A stretch of 64,000 bases of DNA from Steroidobacter flavus (GCF_042651805.1 NZ_JBHSDU010000003.1:3461459-3525458), one strand, 5' to 3'. Counted from the stretch's first letter, positions 50,518 through 60,056 are shown. Notes: generated from the letters alone by a model not told the origin. Numbers and translations: made by a program.

Positions 50518-50982
50518 CTAGATCAAACCGAACTCGCGCATGGCGGGCTCGAAGTTCTCGTTGCTGTGGCCCGGGCGCGTTAGTTTGAATATCGAGAAAC
50601 GTTGTAGCGGGCTCAATGCGGCCCACTGCGCCGGTGTCGGCGGCGTGACATCGCGCTCAATCGAGTAATCCACGACGCGCTGAGGCACGCTGTTCGTGTC
50701 ATTCCATTCCGCGCCATCGTCTCTTTCCAGCAACTGCGCCGGCGCGCTGGTCCGGGTTTCGATCACGCCCATGACATAGCGGCCGTAGTCGTCGATTTCA
50801 TTCGGCGTATCGCAGTCCTGCGCAACCAGCTGTTCCCGCTCGTCGAGCGAGAAATGATTCCATTGTTTCAGCGACACTTTGACGCCGCACAGATCCAGCT
50901 TGCGTCGCACGGCCATGGGAATGCAGTACAACGCGCCGGCAAAATCCTTCTCGAACTGGAAGATGGTCGAGGTCGTGTTCAT
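50518..50982 (-). CDS. Nitrate-reductase-associated protein (TIGR02664-like)
   Basis: 'IFQFEKDFAGALYCIPMAVRRKLDLCGVKVSLKQW' resembles that family's N-terminus. Assigned from memory. Confidence 0.45.
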   Translation of the reverse strand: MNTTSTIFQFEKDFAGALYCIPMAVRRKLDLCGVKVSLKQWNHFSLDEREQLVAQDCDTPNEIDDYGRYVMGVIETRTSAPAQLLERDDGAEWNDTNSVPQRVVDYSIERDVTPPTPAQWAALSPLQRFSIFKLTRPGHSNENFEPAMREFGLI

Positions 50983-51045
50983 GCCGGCATTCTACACCCG
51001 CTAAAAAACCAGGCCCAGCGGTTGCCCGCCAGGCCTGGGTGCATG

Positions 51046-52191
51046 TCAGGTCGCGGGGACCTGGATGCGCACCATGTCCTTCAACATGCCGTCGAGTCCG
51101 CCGAACACGGTCAGCTTGTCGACCTTTTCGGTGACCTTTTCCAAGGTCTCGAGCTCCTTCAGGCGCAGCAGCGTCGGGTTCTCTTCCATGAGCCGTGCCG
51201 TGTTGAGCAGAGAGCGCGTTGCCGCGGTCTCTTCTCGGCGCTTGATCAGGTTCGCTTGCGCCACCTTCTCAGCCTCCACGACCCGGTTGAGAATTTCCTT
51301 CATCTCTCCCGGCAGGATCACGTCCTTGATGCCCACGCTCGCCAGTCGAATGCCGTGCTGCTCGATCTTGCCGCGCGCCGAGGTCTGGATCTCACGATCC
51401 AGCTCGCCCTTCGCACCGAGCAATTCATCGAGCGTCCGGCTGCCGATGGCTTCACGCAATGCGAACTGCAGCTCCTTGTAAACAAACTCCACGAAGTTCT
51501 GCAGGACCGAGCGCGCCTGCACGACGTCTTCCACCTGCCAGAGGGCGGTGAGGTTGACGCGCAGGCTGACCTTGTCTCGAGTCAGGATGTCCTGCCCCGA
51601 CACTTCCATGGTCTGCACACGCCGATCGACCTGCTCGACCTTCACAGTGCGCTGGAACTTCCAGAACGCGTGCAGGCCGGGCTCGAGCAGCCGGGTGAAC
51701 TTACCGTCCACGATCAGCAAGGCCACCGACGTATCCGGCACTTCCACCGAGCTGATCGCTTCGTTGACCTGCGCGAGCAGCGGCTGCTTGGCGCGAGCCA
51801 GCAGCTTGGCGACGCGCGCCGGCACGTCGACATCCTGTGAGATATCGATCTTCTCGACCTGCACCTCGATCGGGCCCTTCCAATACAGCTGACGCTTGCC
51901 GGGTGCGAGCACGCCGGCGAGCTTGCCGTTCTTATAAACGAGACCGGCCTCGCTGTCGGTGAGCTCGACGATGTCGAAGTAACGTTCCATCAGCGCTCGA
52001 GCTTCCTTGATCAGGACGTCGACGCGCGGGTGTTCGAACTCCGGCACCGTGAGGTCGTAGAGCTGAATCGCGACATCGGTGAACGGCGCGGTCAGCCAGT
52101 GCTTGCCCGGCTCCAGCACGCCGGCAAAGGTCTTGTTCTTCCATACCAATGCCCGCTCGTGCTGGGCGATGAGAACTCGCTTGATCGTCAT
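51046..52191 (-). CDS. SPFH/Band-7 (stomatin/slipin-like) membrane-scaffold protein
   Basis: Duplicated beta-rich N-terminal part, then 'VILPGEMKEILNRVVEAEKVAQANLIKRREE' as the SPFH coiled tail. Confidence 0.65.
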   Translation of the reverse strand: MTIKRVLIAQHERALVWKNKTFAGVLEPGKHWLTAPFTDVAIQLYDLTVPEFEHPRVDVLIKEARALMERYFDIVELTDSEAGLVYKNGKLAGVLAPGKRQLYWKGPIEVQVEKIDISQDVDVPARVAKLLARAKQPLLAQVNEAISSVEVPDTSVALLIVDGKFTRLLEPGLHAFWKFQRTVKVEQVDRRVQTMEVSGQDILTRDKVSLRVNLTALWQVEDVVQARSVLQNFVEFVYKELQFALREAIGSRTLDELLGAKGELDREIQTSARGKIEQHGIRLASVGIKDVILPGEMKEILNRVVEAEKVAQANLIKRREETAATRSLLNTARLMEENPTLLRLKELETLEKVTEKVDKLTVFGGLDGMLKDMVRIQVPAT

Positions 52192-52460
52192 AGGGCCTCC
52201 TTGTTGTTCGCCCAGAAAAAATAAGTCCGAGGCCACCCCACGCCTGTCGCGCGGTCGTCGCTTTCGGTGCGGTCATCGCCGATGCGGGCGATCGTCGTCA
52301 TTGCTCCCGCCTCCCTGCGCGAGCAAATATTCAACGAGCGCTCCTCATCGGGCCCGGCCGCATCGAGCATCGACGCTCAAGGCTTGGCACGCGTTGCGGT
52401 TCATTGCTGACCGCAGGGGCGCCTCGGGTGCGAAGCTTTCGCTTCGCGGGGAGATGCAAC

Positions 52461-52500
52461 TGGCATCGACAGGGGGATTCGAACCCCAGCCTTTCGGCTT
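52461..52500 (-). ncRNA. tRNA 3'-half-like fragment (T-arm + acceptor 3' strand + CCA) with no matching 5' half
   Basis: Minus-strand sense 'GGCTGGGG TTCGAAT CCCCC TGTCGATG CCA'. The upstream 45 nt cannot form acceptor, D or anticodon arms. Confidence 0.4.
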
Positions 52501-52526
52501 TACCGCGACTTTTTAAGAGTCGTTAG

Positions 52527-52598
52527 CTGCAATAGAGGGAATCGAACCCTCGACCGAGCAGAAAAACTGCTTGCTCTATCCAGCTGAGCTACATTGCA
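52527..52598 (-). tRNA. tRNA-like gene: cloverleaf with perfect acceptor/D/T arms, but anticodon arm reads AGCAG-TTTTT-CTGCT (5-nt loop), possibly degenerate tRNA-Lys(UUU)
   Basis: Minus-strand sense 'TGCAATG TA GCTC AGCTGGATA GAGC A AGCAG TTTTT CTGCT CGGTC GAGGG TTCGATT CCCTC TATTGCA G'. Confidence 0.5.
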
Positions 52599-52781
52599 TG
52601 GTGGTGGATCAGGCAGGCGTCCTGCGCGGTACACACAGCAGCAGCGCTGCAGCGTGCCAGTGTGGTGGAACCCACAACCGCTGACACAGAGACGACAACC
52701 AGACCGTGGTATCGATGCACGCTCGCGCGCTCATCGAAATTCTTGTTAGCGGCGGACGGAAACATTCCGTCCGCCGATGTT

Positions 52782-53354
52782 TCATCCGTTCAAGTGCAGT
52801 CGCGAGCTTCGCGGCACACCCAGGAGCAGAAACTCCATCTGGTCGGCCAGAATCTTACGATTGCTCAGAATGAACGCCTCGTATCGGTTCGGCACGTACG
52901 GCACATAGTGCAGCTTCATGCCCGCCGCTTCGGGAGTGCGGTCCGCCTTGCGGTGGTTGCACGCCTTGCAGGCAGCGACCAGGTTCATCCACGAGTCCGC
53001 GCCGCCCTTCGATCTCGGCACGATGTGCTCGAGATCGAGTTGCTCAGCGCGAAAACGCTGCGCGCAGTACGCGCAGATATAACGGTCGCGAGCCAGCAGC
53101 ATGTCCTTGTTCAAGGTCGGCACCACATCGAAGTGCCGGATCATGAAATCCCGGCCCTTGATGGCGATGATCGAGCTGGCTCGAATCATCGACTGCAATC
53201 CGGTCAGGCGCTGCGTGCCCCCGTGCAGCACGAATTCGTGCTGACCGGCGGCCCACGCGATCATGTCGGTGGCGTAGTACTGCGCGGCCTGACGAACGTT
53301 CAACCACCGGTGCGGAGCGCCGGCGACGTCAAGCGCGAGAATGTGCGGACTCAT
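52782..53354 (-). CDS. HNH endonuclease
   Basis: 'CAYCAQ...EHIVPRSKGGADSWMNLVAACKACNHRK' is the HNH Cys4 / His-Asn-His motif. Confidence 0.85.
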   Translation of the reverse strand: MSPHILALDVAGAPHRWLNVRQAAQYYATDMIAWAAGQHEFVLHGGTQRLTGLQSMIRASSIIAIKGRDFMIRHFDVVPTLNKDMLLARDRYICAYCAQRFRAEQLDLEHIVPRSKGGADSWMNLVAACKACNHRKADRTPEAAGMKLHYVPYVPNRYEAFILSNRKILADQMEFLLLGVPRSSRLHLNG

Positions 53355-53728
53355 CGTTGCTCCTCCTGTGTCCAGTGGCCAAAACGCATGAGGGCAGCCT
53401 CACGCGTGCGTGCTTGAAACAAAAACCTCGCGGGCGAGGCATTTCGGAGAGAGGGGTCGCCGAGCGGTGGCTCGTGCGACATGGCTCCTGCGATGCCCCG
53501 TCCGGCTTACGCCTTCGGGGCAGAGCCAAAGGCGGTTACCAGCGACCTGGGTACGACGGGCAGCCGAGCACGCCGCGAATAAAATCGCGTTGCGTGTTGT
53601 TCGAGGCGTTGCCGTGTCTCAGGTGCATGTATTCGGTGGATTGACGAAAGTTCAAACCGGCGGCGAGTCTAGCAATGGAATATTTCAATCACAACTATTT
53701 TTATATTTCAAATCTTAAGATCGACCTA

Positions 53729-56404
53729 TCAAGACCGGCCCAGGGCCTTGCGTAATGTTTCATTCGCCCGGGCCAGGGTCGCGGCGCTCGCCGGGTCGCT
53801 CCGGGCCTGTTGAGCATTGGCCAGTGCCAGCAGAGCGTCGCCGATATCGGCGCTCCCCGACGGATCGCGAGCGACGCGTTCAGCCAGGGCCAGGGCCTGC
53901 TTCGCTGAAGCGATGGACCGATCGACGTCGCCCAGTTGCAGATAAATCTTGCTGGCGGTGGCGAACGCGGCACTGGCGCCGGGCGACAAATCCTTGTCGG
54001 GGGCGTAGCTCAGTTTGGCGAGCGAGGCTTCGATGAACTGGCGGGCGGCTTCATAGTTGCCGCGGGCCATGGCCAGCTCCGCGCGAGTTCGCAGCAGGTC
54101 GCCGAGCCGGTCGCGATTGCCATTCTCGTTCGCCATCCAGAGCTGTTCTGCATCGGCGAGCTTTTCTTCGACGGCGTCGAGTTGTTTGCTACCCAGCAGT
54201 GCGCGGCCCAATTGATGGTTGGCATTCGCTCTCAGGAACTGGCTGTCGAGCAGCTTGGCCTGTGAGCTGGCTTCGTTCAGCACCGCCACGGCTTCCTCCC
54301 ATTTGCCCAGCCGTTGCAACGTCGTGCCATAAGAAACGCTGTACGCGATGGGGATGGGCTGCGCGCCACGCAAGGAACGGATGCGCTGCATGGCTTCCGC
54401 GCCGACCTTGCGGGCATTCTCGATCTCGCCCAGCCGATATAACAGCGAGGAGCGATTGATCATCAAGGTGGCTTTGGCGAGCGTGCCGCCCCGGCCGTTA
54501 CGATCCAGGGCGTCGCTGGTGAGCAGATTGAGCTCCAGCGCTTCTTTATAACGAGCGGTGTTGTAGTAGATGCCGCCCAGATCGGTGAGCACGGCGTTGT
54601 AGCGCAGGCCGCGCGTGTCATCGGAGCGTTCCAGTAAATCCTGCGCCTCTTTCAGCCTCGCAATGGCTCCAGCCCGATCGCGATTCATGTGCGCGATGTC
54701 AGCTTCCGCGCGCAAGCAATCCACGCGGGTGGAAACTGGCGTATGGCCGAGCCGTTGCATGGCCTCGCGAGCCAGCGCCATCCGGCGGTCCGCTTCCGAA
54801 TAGTTATTCGCATCCAGTTCGGTGCCAACCGCCGCGCATTGAACGGCGGCGATCAACTCGTCGTCCTTGAGGTCGCGGGCGATGGTATCGGCCCGCTGCA
54901 GCACTTCGAGTTGCTTGCCGGTGTTGTGCAGGTCCATGTAGCGGCGGGCCATCTGTAACAACATGCGCGCCGCGAAACGTGGGTCGTCGCTATATTGTTT
55001 GTCGAGCAGATCGAGGCCGGTATCCACCAGCTCGATCGGGGTCAGCGCGCGGCCTTCCGGGCCGACCGATTCCAGCATCAAGCTCATGAACTCGTTCGAC
55101 GCCTCGGCTCGCTGTGCCTGATAGCGAGCCTCGTCACGTTGATGCGCGATCTCCTTGGCTTGGTACGCCATCACACCGCCGAACGCGAGCAGCGAAACGA
55201 ACAAGCCCGACACCAGCGCCAGCGCGAGGCTATGGCGCACGGCGAATTTGCGCATTCGATAGGCAACCGACGGCGGGCCGGCGAGGACCGCCTCGTTCGC
55301 AAGATGCCGGCGCACGTCGGCCGCGAACTCCGCAGGGGAGCCGTAGCGATTGTTTCTATCCTTCTGCAGCGCCTTGAGCACGATCCAGTCGAGATCGCCG
55401 CGCAGGCGCAAGGACAACTGTCGCGTCGTGAGCCGGCGGTATTCGGCGACACTGTCGAGAGCTTGCGAGCTGGTCTTGACCCGCGTGCTCGGCGCCTGCG
55501 GATCGAACGTCAACAGCTCGTGCACCAGCTGCGCCGGGCTGGAATCGTGATTCGCAATCTTGAAGGGCAGGGTGCCGGTCAACAGCTCGTGGAGCACGAC
55601 GCCGAGCGAATAAACATCCGAGCGCGTATCCACGTCCAGCGGCGACAGCTGCGCCTGCTCCGGGCTCATATATTCGGGCGTGCCGATGAGATGACCGATC
55701 CGGGTGTGAGCGCGGCTGGCCTGGGCGCCGGGCGTGACTGCCTTGGCGATGCCGAAGTCGATGACTTTCGGCACCGGCCGGCCATCGAGCTCGCTGACCA
55801 GCAGGTTGCTGGGCTTCAAGTCGCGATGGATGACGCCTTTCTGATGGGCGTGCTGAACGGCATCGCAGATTTGTAGGAACAATTGCAGGCGCGCATCGAT
55901 GCCGAGCCGGTGCTGGTCGCAGTAACGATTCAGGGGAATGCCAGCCACATATTCCATCGCGAAGTACGGCTGGCCGGACTCAGTCGTGCCCGCGTCGATG
56001 ATGTGAGCGATGCTGGGATGGCTCATCAATGCCAGCGTCTGCCGCTCCACCTCGAAGCGGGCGATGACGTCGCGCGAGTCCATGCCGGGCTTGATGACTT
56101 TGAGCGCCACGCGTCGGACCACGGGCGTGATTTGTTCGGCGAGATAGACCTCGCCCATCGCGCCTTCGCCGACTCGTTCCAATAATTTGTACGGGCCGAT
56201 CCGCCGCTCGCCACGCCCCGGCAGGGGAGGTGTGCGTCGCTCGAGCGCATGGTCGCGCTCGGCGGCATCGTGAGCTTCCAACAAACGGGTGATCCGCTCG
56301 CGACTCTCGTCATCGGGACAATGTGCCTGCAGCCACTGTGCCCGCTGTGTCTTGGGCAGATCGACGCAGGCATCGAACAGCGCACGCTCGCTTTGCAAAT
56401 TCAT
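53729..56404 (-). CDS. Ser/Thr protein kinase with TM segment and C-terminal TPR repeats
   Basis: 'GEGAMGEVYLA', 'VALKVIK', 'HRDLKPSNLLV', 'DFGIAK', then a hydrophobic segment and about 450 aa of TPR-like helices. Confidence 0.85.
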   Translation of the reverse strand: MNLQSERALFDACVDLPKTQRAQWLQAHCPDDESRERITRLLEAHDAAERDHALERRTPPLPGRGERRIGPYKLLERVGEGAMGEVYLAEQITPVVRRVALKVIKPGMDSRDVIARFEVERQTLALMSHPSIAHIIDAGTTESGQPYFAMEYVAGIPLNRYCDQHRLGIDARLQLFLQICDAVQHAHQKGVIHRDLKPSNLLVSELDGRPVPKVIDFGIAKAVTPGAQASRAHTRIGHLIGTPEYMSPEQAQLSPLDVDTRSDVYSLGVVLHELLTGTLPFKIANHDSSPAQLVHELLTFDPQAPSTRVKTSSQALDSVAEYRRLTTRQLSLRLRGDLDWIVLKALQKDRNNRYGSPAEFAADVRRHLANEAVLAGPPSVAYRMRKFAVRHSLALALVSGLFVSLLAFGGVMAYQAKEIAHQRDEARYQAQRAEASNEFMSLMLESVGPEGRALTPIELVDTGLDLLDKQYSDDPRFAARMLLQMARRYMDLHNTGKQLEVLQRADTIARDLKDDELIAAVQCAAVGTELDANNYSEADRRMALAREAMQRLGHTPVSTRVDCLRAEADIAHMNRDRAGAIARLKEAQDLLERSDDTRGLRYNAVLTDLGGIYYNTARYKEALELNLLTSDALDRNGRGGTLAKATLMINRSSLLYRLGEIENARKVGAEAMQRIRSLRGAQPIPIAYSVSYGTTLQRLGKWEEAVAVLNEASSQAKLLDSQFLRANANHQLGRALLGSKQLDAVEEKLADAEQLWMANENGNRDRLGDLLRTRAELAMARGNYEAARQFIEASLAKLSYAPDKDLSPGASAAFATASKIYLQLGDVDRSIASAKQALALAERVARDPSGSADIGDALLALANAQQARSDPASAATLARANETLRKALGRS

Positions 56405-56419
56405 GCAATCAACCTGCGG

Positions 56420-56983
56420 CTATGGGCGATGTTGTTGGATGTGCTCGCACAGCCAGGCGCGGGCGAAGGTCCAGTCACGTTTGACGGTGGCGGGGGAAAG
56501 ATCCAGCGCCCGCGCCGTGTCCTCGATGCTCATGTTTGCAAAGAAACGGAGCGATACGACTTCGGCCAGCCGCGCATCTTCCTTGGCGAGTTGATCGAGC
56601 GCGTCGTTGACCGCCAGAACATCCATATCTTCTTCCGGCGCGCTGATATCCAGATCCGACAGCGTGACGCGCTCCTGACCGGCGCCGCGTTTCTCCGCAT
56701 GTTTGCGGCGGGCGTGATCGACCAGCACCCGGCGCATGGCTTGAGCGGCCGCGCCGAAAAAGTGTCGACGGTTTTGCCATTCGCCCGAGCCAGGGTTGAG
56801 TCGCAGATACACCTCGTTGACCAGCGCGGTGGGCTGGAGCGTATGACCGGAGCGCTCCTTGCGCATGCTCGACTCGGCGAGCAGGCGCAGCTCGTCATAC
56901 ACGGCCTGATACAGCCGCCCGATGGCCTCTTTTTCTCCGCCGCCGGCCGCATCGAGCAGGCGGGTCACATCGCTGCCGGACAT
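56420..56983 (-). CDS. ECF-type sigma-70 factor (STK-associated ECF group)
   Basis: Region 2 'LYQAVYDELRLLAESSM' and region 4 'LSIEDTARALDLSPATVKRDW'. 16 bp upstream of the kinase gene on the same strand. Confidence 0.8.
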   Translation of the reverse strand: MSGSDVTRLLDAAGGGEKEAIGRLYQAVYDELRLLAESSMRKERSGHTLQPTALVNEVYLRLNPGSGEWQNRRHFFGAAAQAMRRVLVDHARRKHAEKRGAGQERVTLSDLDISAPEEDMDVLAVNDALDQLAKEDARLAEVVSLRFFANMSIEDTARALDLSPATVKRDWTFARAWLCEHIQQHRP

Positions 56984-57085
56984 ATCTCTAAATTTTTCGG
57001 ATTTCCCGTGAGCCTTTTCGGCGGACCGCTGCGCATGGGTCAGCAGGAGACATTTTAGTACGACTCAAACTCAGTGGAGTAGACC

Positions 57086-58654
57086 ATGACTTTCGATACA
57101 CGGCGAGGCGGATTACTAGCAACGACGATCGCGGCCCTGATGCTGGCGGCTTGTGGCGGCGGTGGAGGTAGCAACGGCGGCGCGGGTTCGAGCGGCACCG
57201 GCAGCGGCGGCTCTGGCTCGGGCGGCTCGGGCGATACCGGCACGGGTGGTGGTGGCAATCCAGCGCCCGGCGGCGGTGGCGACACCGGTTCCGGCTCGAG
57301 CTCGCCGAATCCGGTCATCTATATCGCCGATGAAGACGCGGATGACATTTGGGAGTTGTATCTGGCCGATGCGAGCAGCCCGACCGGCTCGACCAAGTTG
57401 AACGGTGCCCTGGCCACCGGCGGCAGCGTCGATCAATTCGCCGCTACGCCAAACGGTCAGGCCGCCATTTATATTGCCGACGGTTCCGTTTCCGGTCGCT
57501 ACGAGCTGTACTCGGTCAACCTCGCCAGCCCTGGCGTGGCGACCAAGCTCAATGCGCAATTGCAGACGAACCGCGACGTGCGCGACTTCATCGTCAGCCC
57601 TGACGGCACCAAGGTCGTGTATCGCGCCGATGTGACGGACGACATCTATGAATTGTTCCTGGTGGATCTCGCCCACCCTGGTGTGGCCACGAAGTTGAAC
57701 GCGCCGTTGGTTGCCGGTGGTTGGGTTCGAGACAACTATCAGTTCAGCCCCGATAGCACGCGAGTTCTGTATCGTGCCGATCAGAACACCGTGGAGGTGT
57801 ACGAGCTGTTCATCGCTAACATCTCAAACCCCGGTGTGGCGCAACGGGTGCATCCCCAGATGGGCCCCGACCGTGATGTTTCTGATGAGTTCGAGTTCAG
57901 CCCCGACGGTGCACAGATCGGCTACGTCGCGGACCAGGACGCGAACGACGTGCTGGAACTCTACACCGTCCCGGTGTCGAATCCCGGCACGAGCGTGAAG
58001 CTCAACGGCGCGATGACGTCCGGTGGCGACGTGTGCCGGTTTCATTTCGCGCCCGATTCGGCTCGCGTTGCTTACTGCGCGGATCAAACGACCGACGGCG
58101 TGGTCGAGTTGTACACGGTGGCGCTCAACGCGCCTGGCGTGTCGACCAAAATCAATCCGCCGCTGGTCGCGGGCGGTCGCGTCACGACGTTGTATGAATT
58201 CGGGCCGCAGAGCGACTTCATTGTCTACGTGGCCGAGCAGAATACGGTCGGTCGTCCGGAGTTGTATCGAGCCGAGCTGTCGATGCCGGGCCTGTCGACC
58301 AAACTGAGCGCGCCGATGGTGGCGGGCGGCGGCGTGGTTGCATTTGACATGCGCCCGGATGGCACGCGCATCTCCTATAACGCCAATCAGGAAAACGCGG
58401 CTGTGTACGAGTTGTATGAAGTGAACTTCGCCAGCGCCGGCGTTGCCACCAAGCTCAGCGCGCCGATGTCCTCATCGGGCGTGATGTGGTTCGAGTACAC
58501 CCACGCGGGCGATCGTATGGTGTACACGGCGGATCAGGAGAGCGCCGCGGCCGAGTTGTATCGGGTGGAGATCAATGCGCCGACGATTGCGGCCAAGATG
58601 AATGGCGCCCTGGTGACGGGCGGTGAAGTCTCTGACTTCATGATCGTGCCGTGA
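57086..58654 (+). CDS. Lipoprotein with Gly/Ser linker and ~8.5 tandem PD40/TolB-like beta-propeller repeats
   Basis: Lipobox 'LMLAAC'; 'GGGGSNGGAGSSGTGSGGSGSGGSGDTG'; then ~48-aa repeats 'YELY.V.L..PGVATKLNA.L..GG.V..F.FSPDG..V.Y.AD'. Confidence 0.7.
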   Translation: MTFDTRRGGLLATTIAALMLAACGGGGGSNGGAGSSGTGSGGSGSGGSGDTGTGGGGNPAPGGGGDTGSGSSSPNPVIYIADEDADDIWELYLADASSPTGSTKLNGALATGGSVDQFAATPNGQAAIYIADGSVSGRYELYSVNLASPGVATKLNAQLQTNRDVRDFIVSPDGTKVVYRADVTDDIYELFLVDLAHPGVATKLNAPLVAGGWVRDNYQFSPDSTRVLYRADQNTVEVYELFIANISNPGVAQRVHPQMGPDRDVSDEFEFSPDGAQIGYVADQDANDVLELYTVPVSNPGTSVKLNGAMTSGGDVCRFHFAPDSARVAYCADQTTDGVVELYTVALNAPGVSTKINPPLVAGGRVTTLYEFGPQSDFIVYVAEQNTVGRPELYRAELSMPGLSTKLSAPMVAGGGVVAFDMRPDGTRISYNANQENAAVYELYEVNFASAGVATKLSAPMSSSGVMWFEYTHAGDRMVYTADQESAAAELYRVEINAPTIAAKMNGALVTGGEVSDFMIVP

Positions 58655-58660
58655 TCGATG

Positions 58661-58689
58661 ACGGGCGGCGTCGTGTCGGCGCCGCCCGT
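58661..58689. terminator. GC-rich hairpin between convergent lipoprotein and GGDEF genes (10-bp stem acgggcggcg / cgccgcccgt, 9-nt loop)
   Basis: Perfect 10-bp inverted repeat. No flanking U-run, so terminator activity is uncertain. Confidence 0.35.
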
Positions 58690-58691
58690 GT

Positions 58692-60056
58692 TCATACAGT
58701 CACGCAGCGATTGCGGCCTTCTTGTTTGGCTCGATACAACGCCTTGTCGGCGCGGTCGAACGCGGTGCCGGCGGTATCGTCGGGCAACAATGCAGTGACG
58801 CCGCTGGAAACAGTGATGGAGACCGGCGAGCCGCGAAAGTGAAAGCCGATCTCGGCAATGGCGGCACGGATGCGCTCGCTGAAGCGCGAGGCATCTTCCA
58901 AATGCGTGCCGGGCAGAATCATCACGAATTCCTCGCCGCCGTAGCGGGCGATGAAGTCGGTCGAACGGATCCGGCTGGCAAAGCAGTCGGCGACGACTTG
59001 TAACACCCGATCGCCGGCGCGATGACCGTAGCTGTCGTTGATGCGCTTGAAATGATCCACGTCCCACACCGCAAGACAGGTCGCTTGTTTGAAACGACGC
59101 AAGCGATGCAACTCGTCCTCGACGCGTTTGTCGTAGGCCTGGCGATTGGGAATGCGGGTCAGCACGTCGATGGTCGACGCGCGCTGCTCGTCTTGTAACT
59201 GACTCTGCAGGCGCGTGGCTTCGGCTTCCAGTTCGAGGATGCGGGAGCGCATCTGATCGCTGCGGGCACTGATGGCCGCGGCGAAGGTCGCCTCACGCTG
59301 CCGGAACTCCTGCAGATGTTTGTCGATCGAGTCCATGCGTTCGCGGACCTGCTGACGGATCAGTTGCAGATCCTTGGCGCTTTCCACGCTTTCGCCCATG
59401 GCCTTGATCTCGCCGGCCAGCTGCGTATTCAAGGTTTCGCTGCTGGCGTGCGACTGTGCCTGATTCTGATGTTGTTCGGCCACGAACTGTCCGATCTCAT
59501 CCAGCTTGCCGACCATGTGGCCGAGCAGGCTCTCGATTTCCTGGTTGGCGCGCTCCAGGTGCTGAATGCGCTTGCCGACCAGGTCGGTCAGCGACGTGAG
59601 CACTTCGGGCAGCTGCTCGGCGGTCAGCGCGGGCGACAATTTCTCGTCGATTGCGTCCGCCTGCGCGACCAGCTCAACGTCGCGACGAAGCTCGGCGACC
59701 AGCGCGGCGAGAATGGCACGCACGCGCTCGTCGTTTGCAGCGAACGCCTGCGATGGAGTCGACGAGGCGACAGGCGCCGGCGGCACGGGATGATCGAGCG
59801 CGCCGATGGCGTCGGTGAGCGCGGGGGTGAGTTTCTCCAGCTCTTCGGCCGTAGTCTCGCGACGGATGACCGCCTGCAGCTTTCTGATCTGCTCATCCAG
59901 CGGCGGCGCCAAGCCCAGCGCGGCCGTGCAAAGCCGCCCGACCAGCCGCTTGAGCGCCGTTTCCATGGCACGAAACTGCAGCTGCTGCTCTTCCAGCCGC
60001 CCCAGGCTGTCGTAGTACTTGGTCCGCCAAGGGTCAGTATCGGTGCCAGTCGTCAC
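58692..60056 (-). CDS. GGDEF diguanylate cyclase with N-terminal coiled-coil sensor
   Basis: 'RYGGEEFVMIL' GGEEF active site; I-site-like 'RxxD' upstream; long heptad-like N-terminus. Confidence 0.85.
   Translation of the reverse strand: MTTGTDTDPWRTKYYDSLGRLEEQQLQFRAMETALKRLVGRLCTAALGLAPPLDEQIRKLQAVIRRETTAEELEKLTPALTDAIGALDHPVPPAPVASSTPSQAFAANDERVRAILAALVAELRRDVELVAQADAIDEKLSPALTAEQLPEVLTSLTDLVGKRIQHLERANQEIESLLGHMVGKLDEIGQFVAEQHQNQAQSHASSETLNTQLAGEIKAMGESVESAKDLQLIRQQVRERMDSIDKHLQEFRQREATFAAAISARSDQMRSRILELEAEATRLQSQLQDEQRASTIDVLTRIPNRQAYDKRVEDELHRLRRFKQATCLAVWDVDHFKRINDSYGHRAGDRVLQVVADCFASRIRSTDFIARYGGEEFVMILPGTHLEDASRFSERIRAAIAEIGFHFRGSPVSITVSSGVTALLPDDTAGTAFDRADKALYRAKQEGRNRCVTV

Noticed and set aside
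53357-53718. 95-aa and 102-aa plus-strand ORFs in the HNH-kinase spacer
   Set aside because: No RBS, atypical composition; the region is better explained as promoter/terminator DNA with an AT-rich end.
57055-57318. Pro-rich 87-aa minus-strand ORF ('PEPVSPPPPGAGLPPPPVPV')
   Set aside because: It is the reverse-complement reading of the Gly/Ser linker of the lipoprotein gene.
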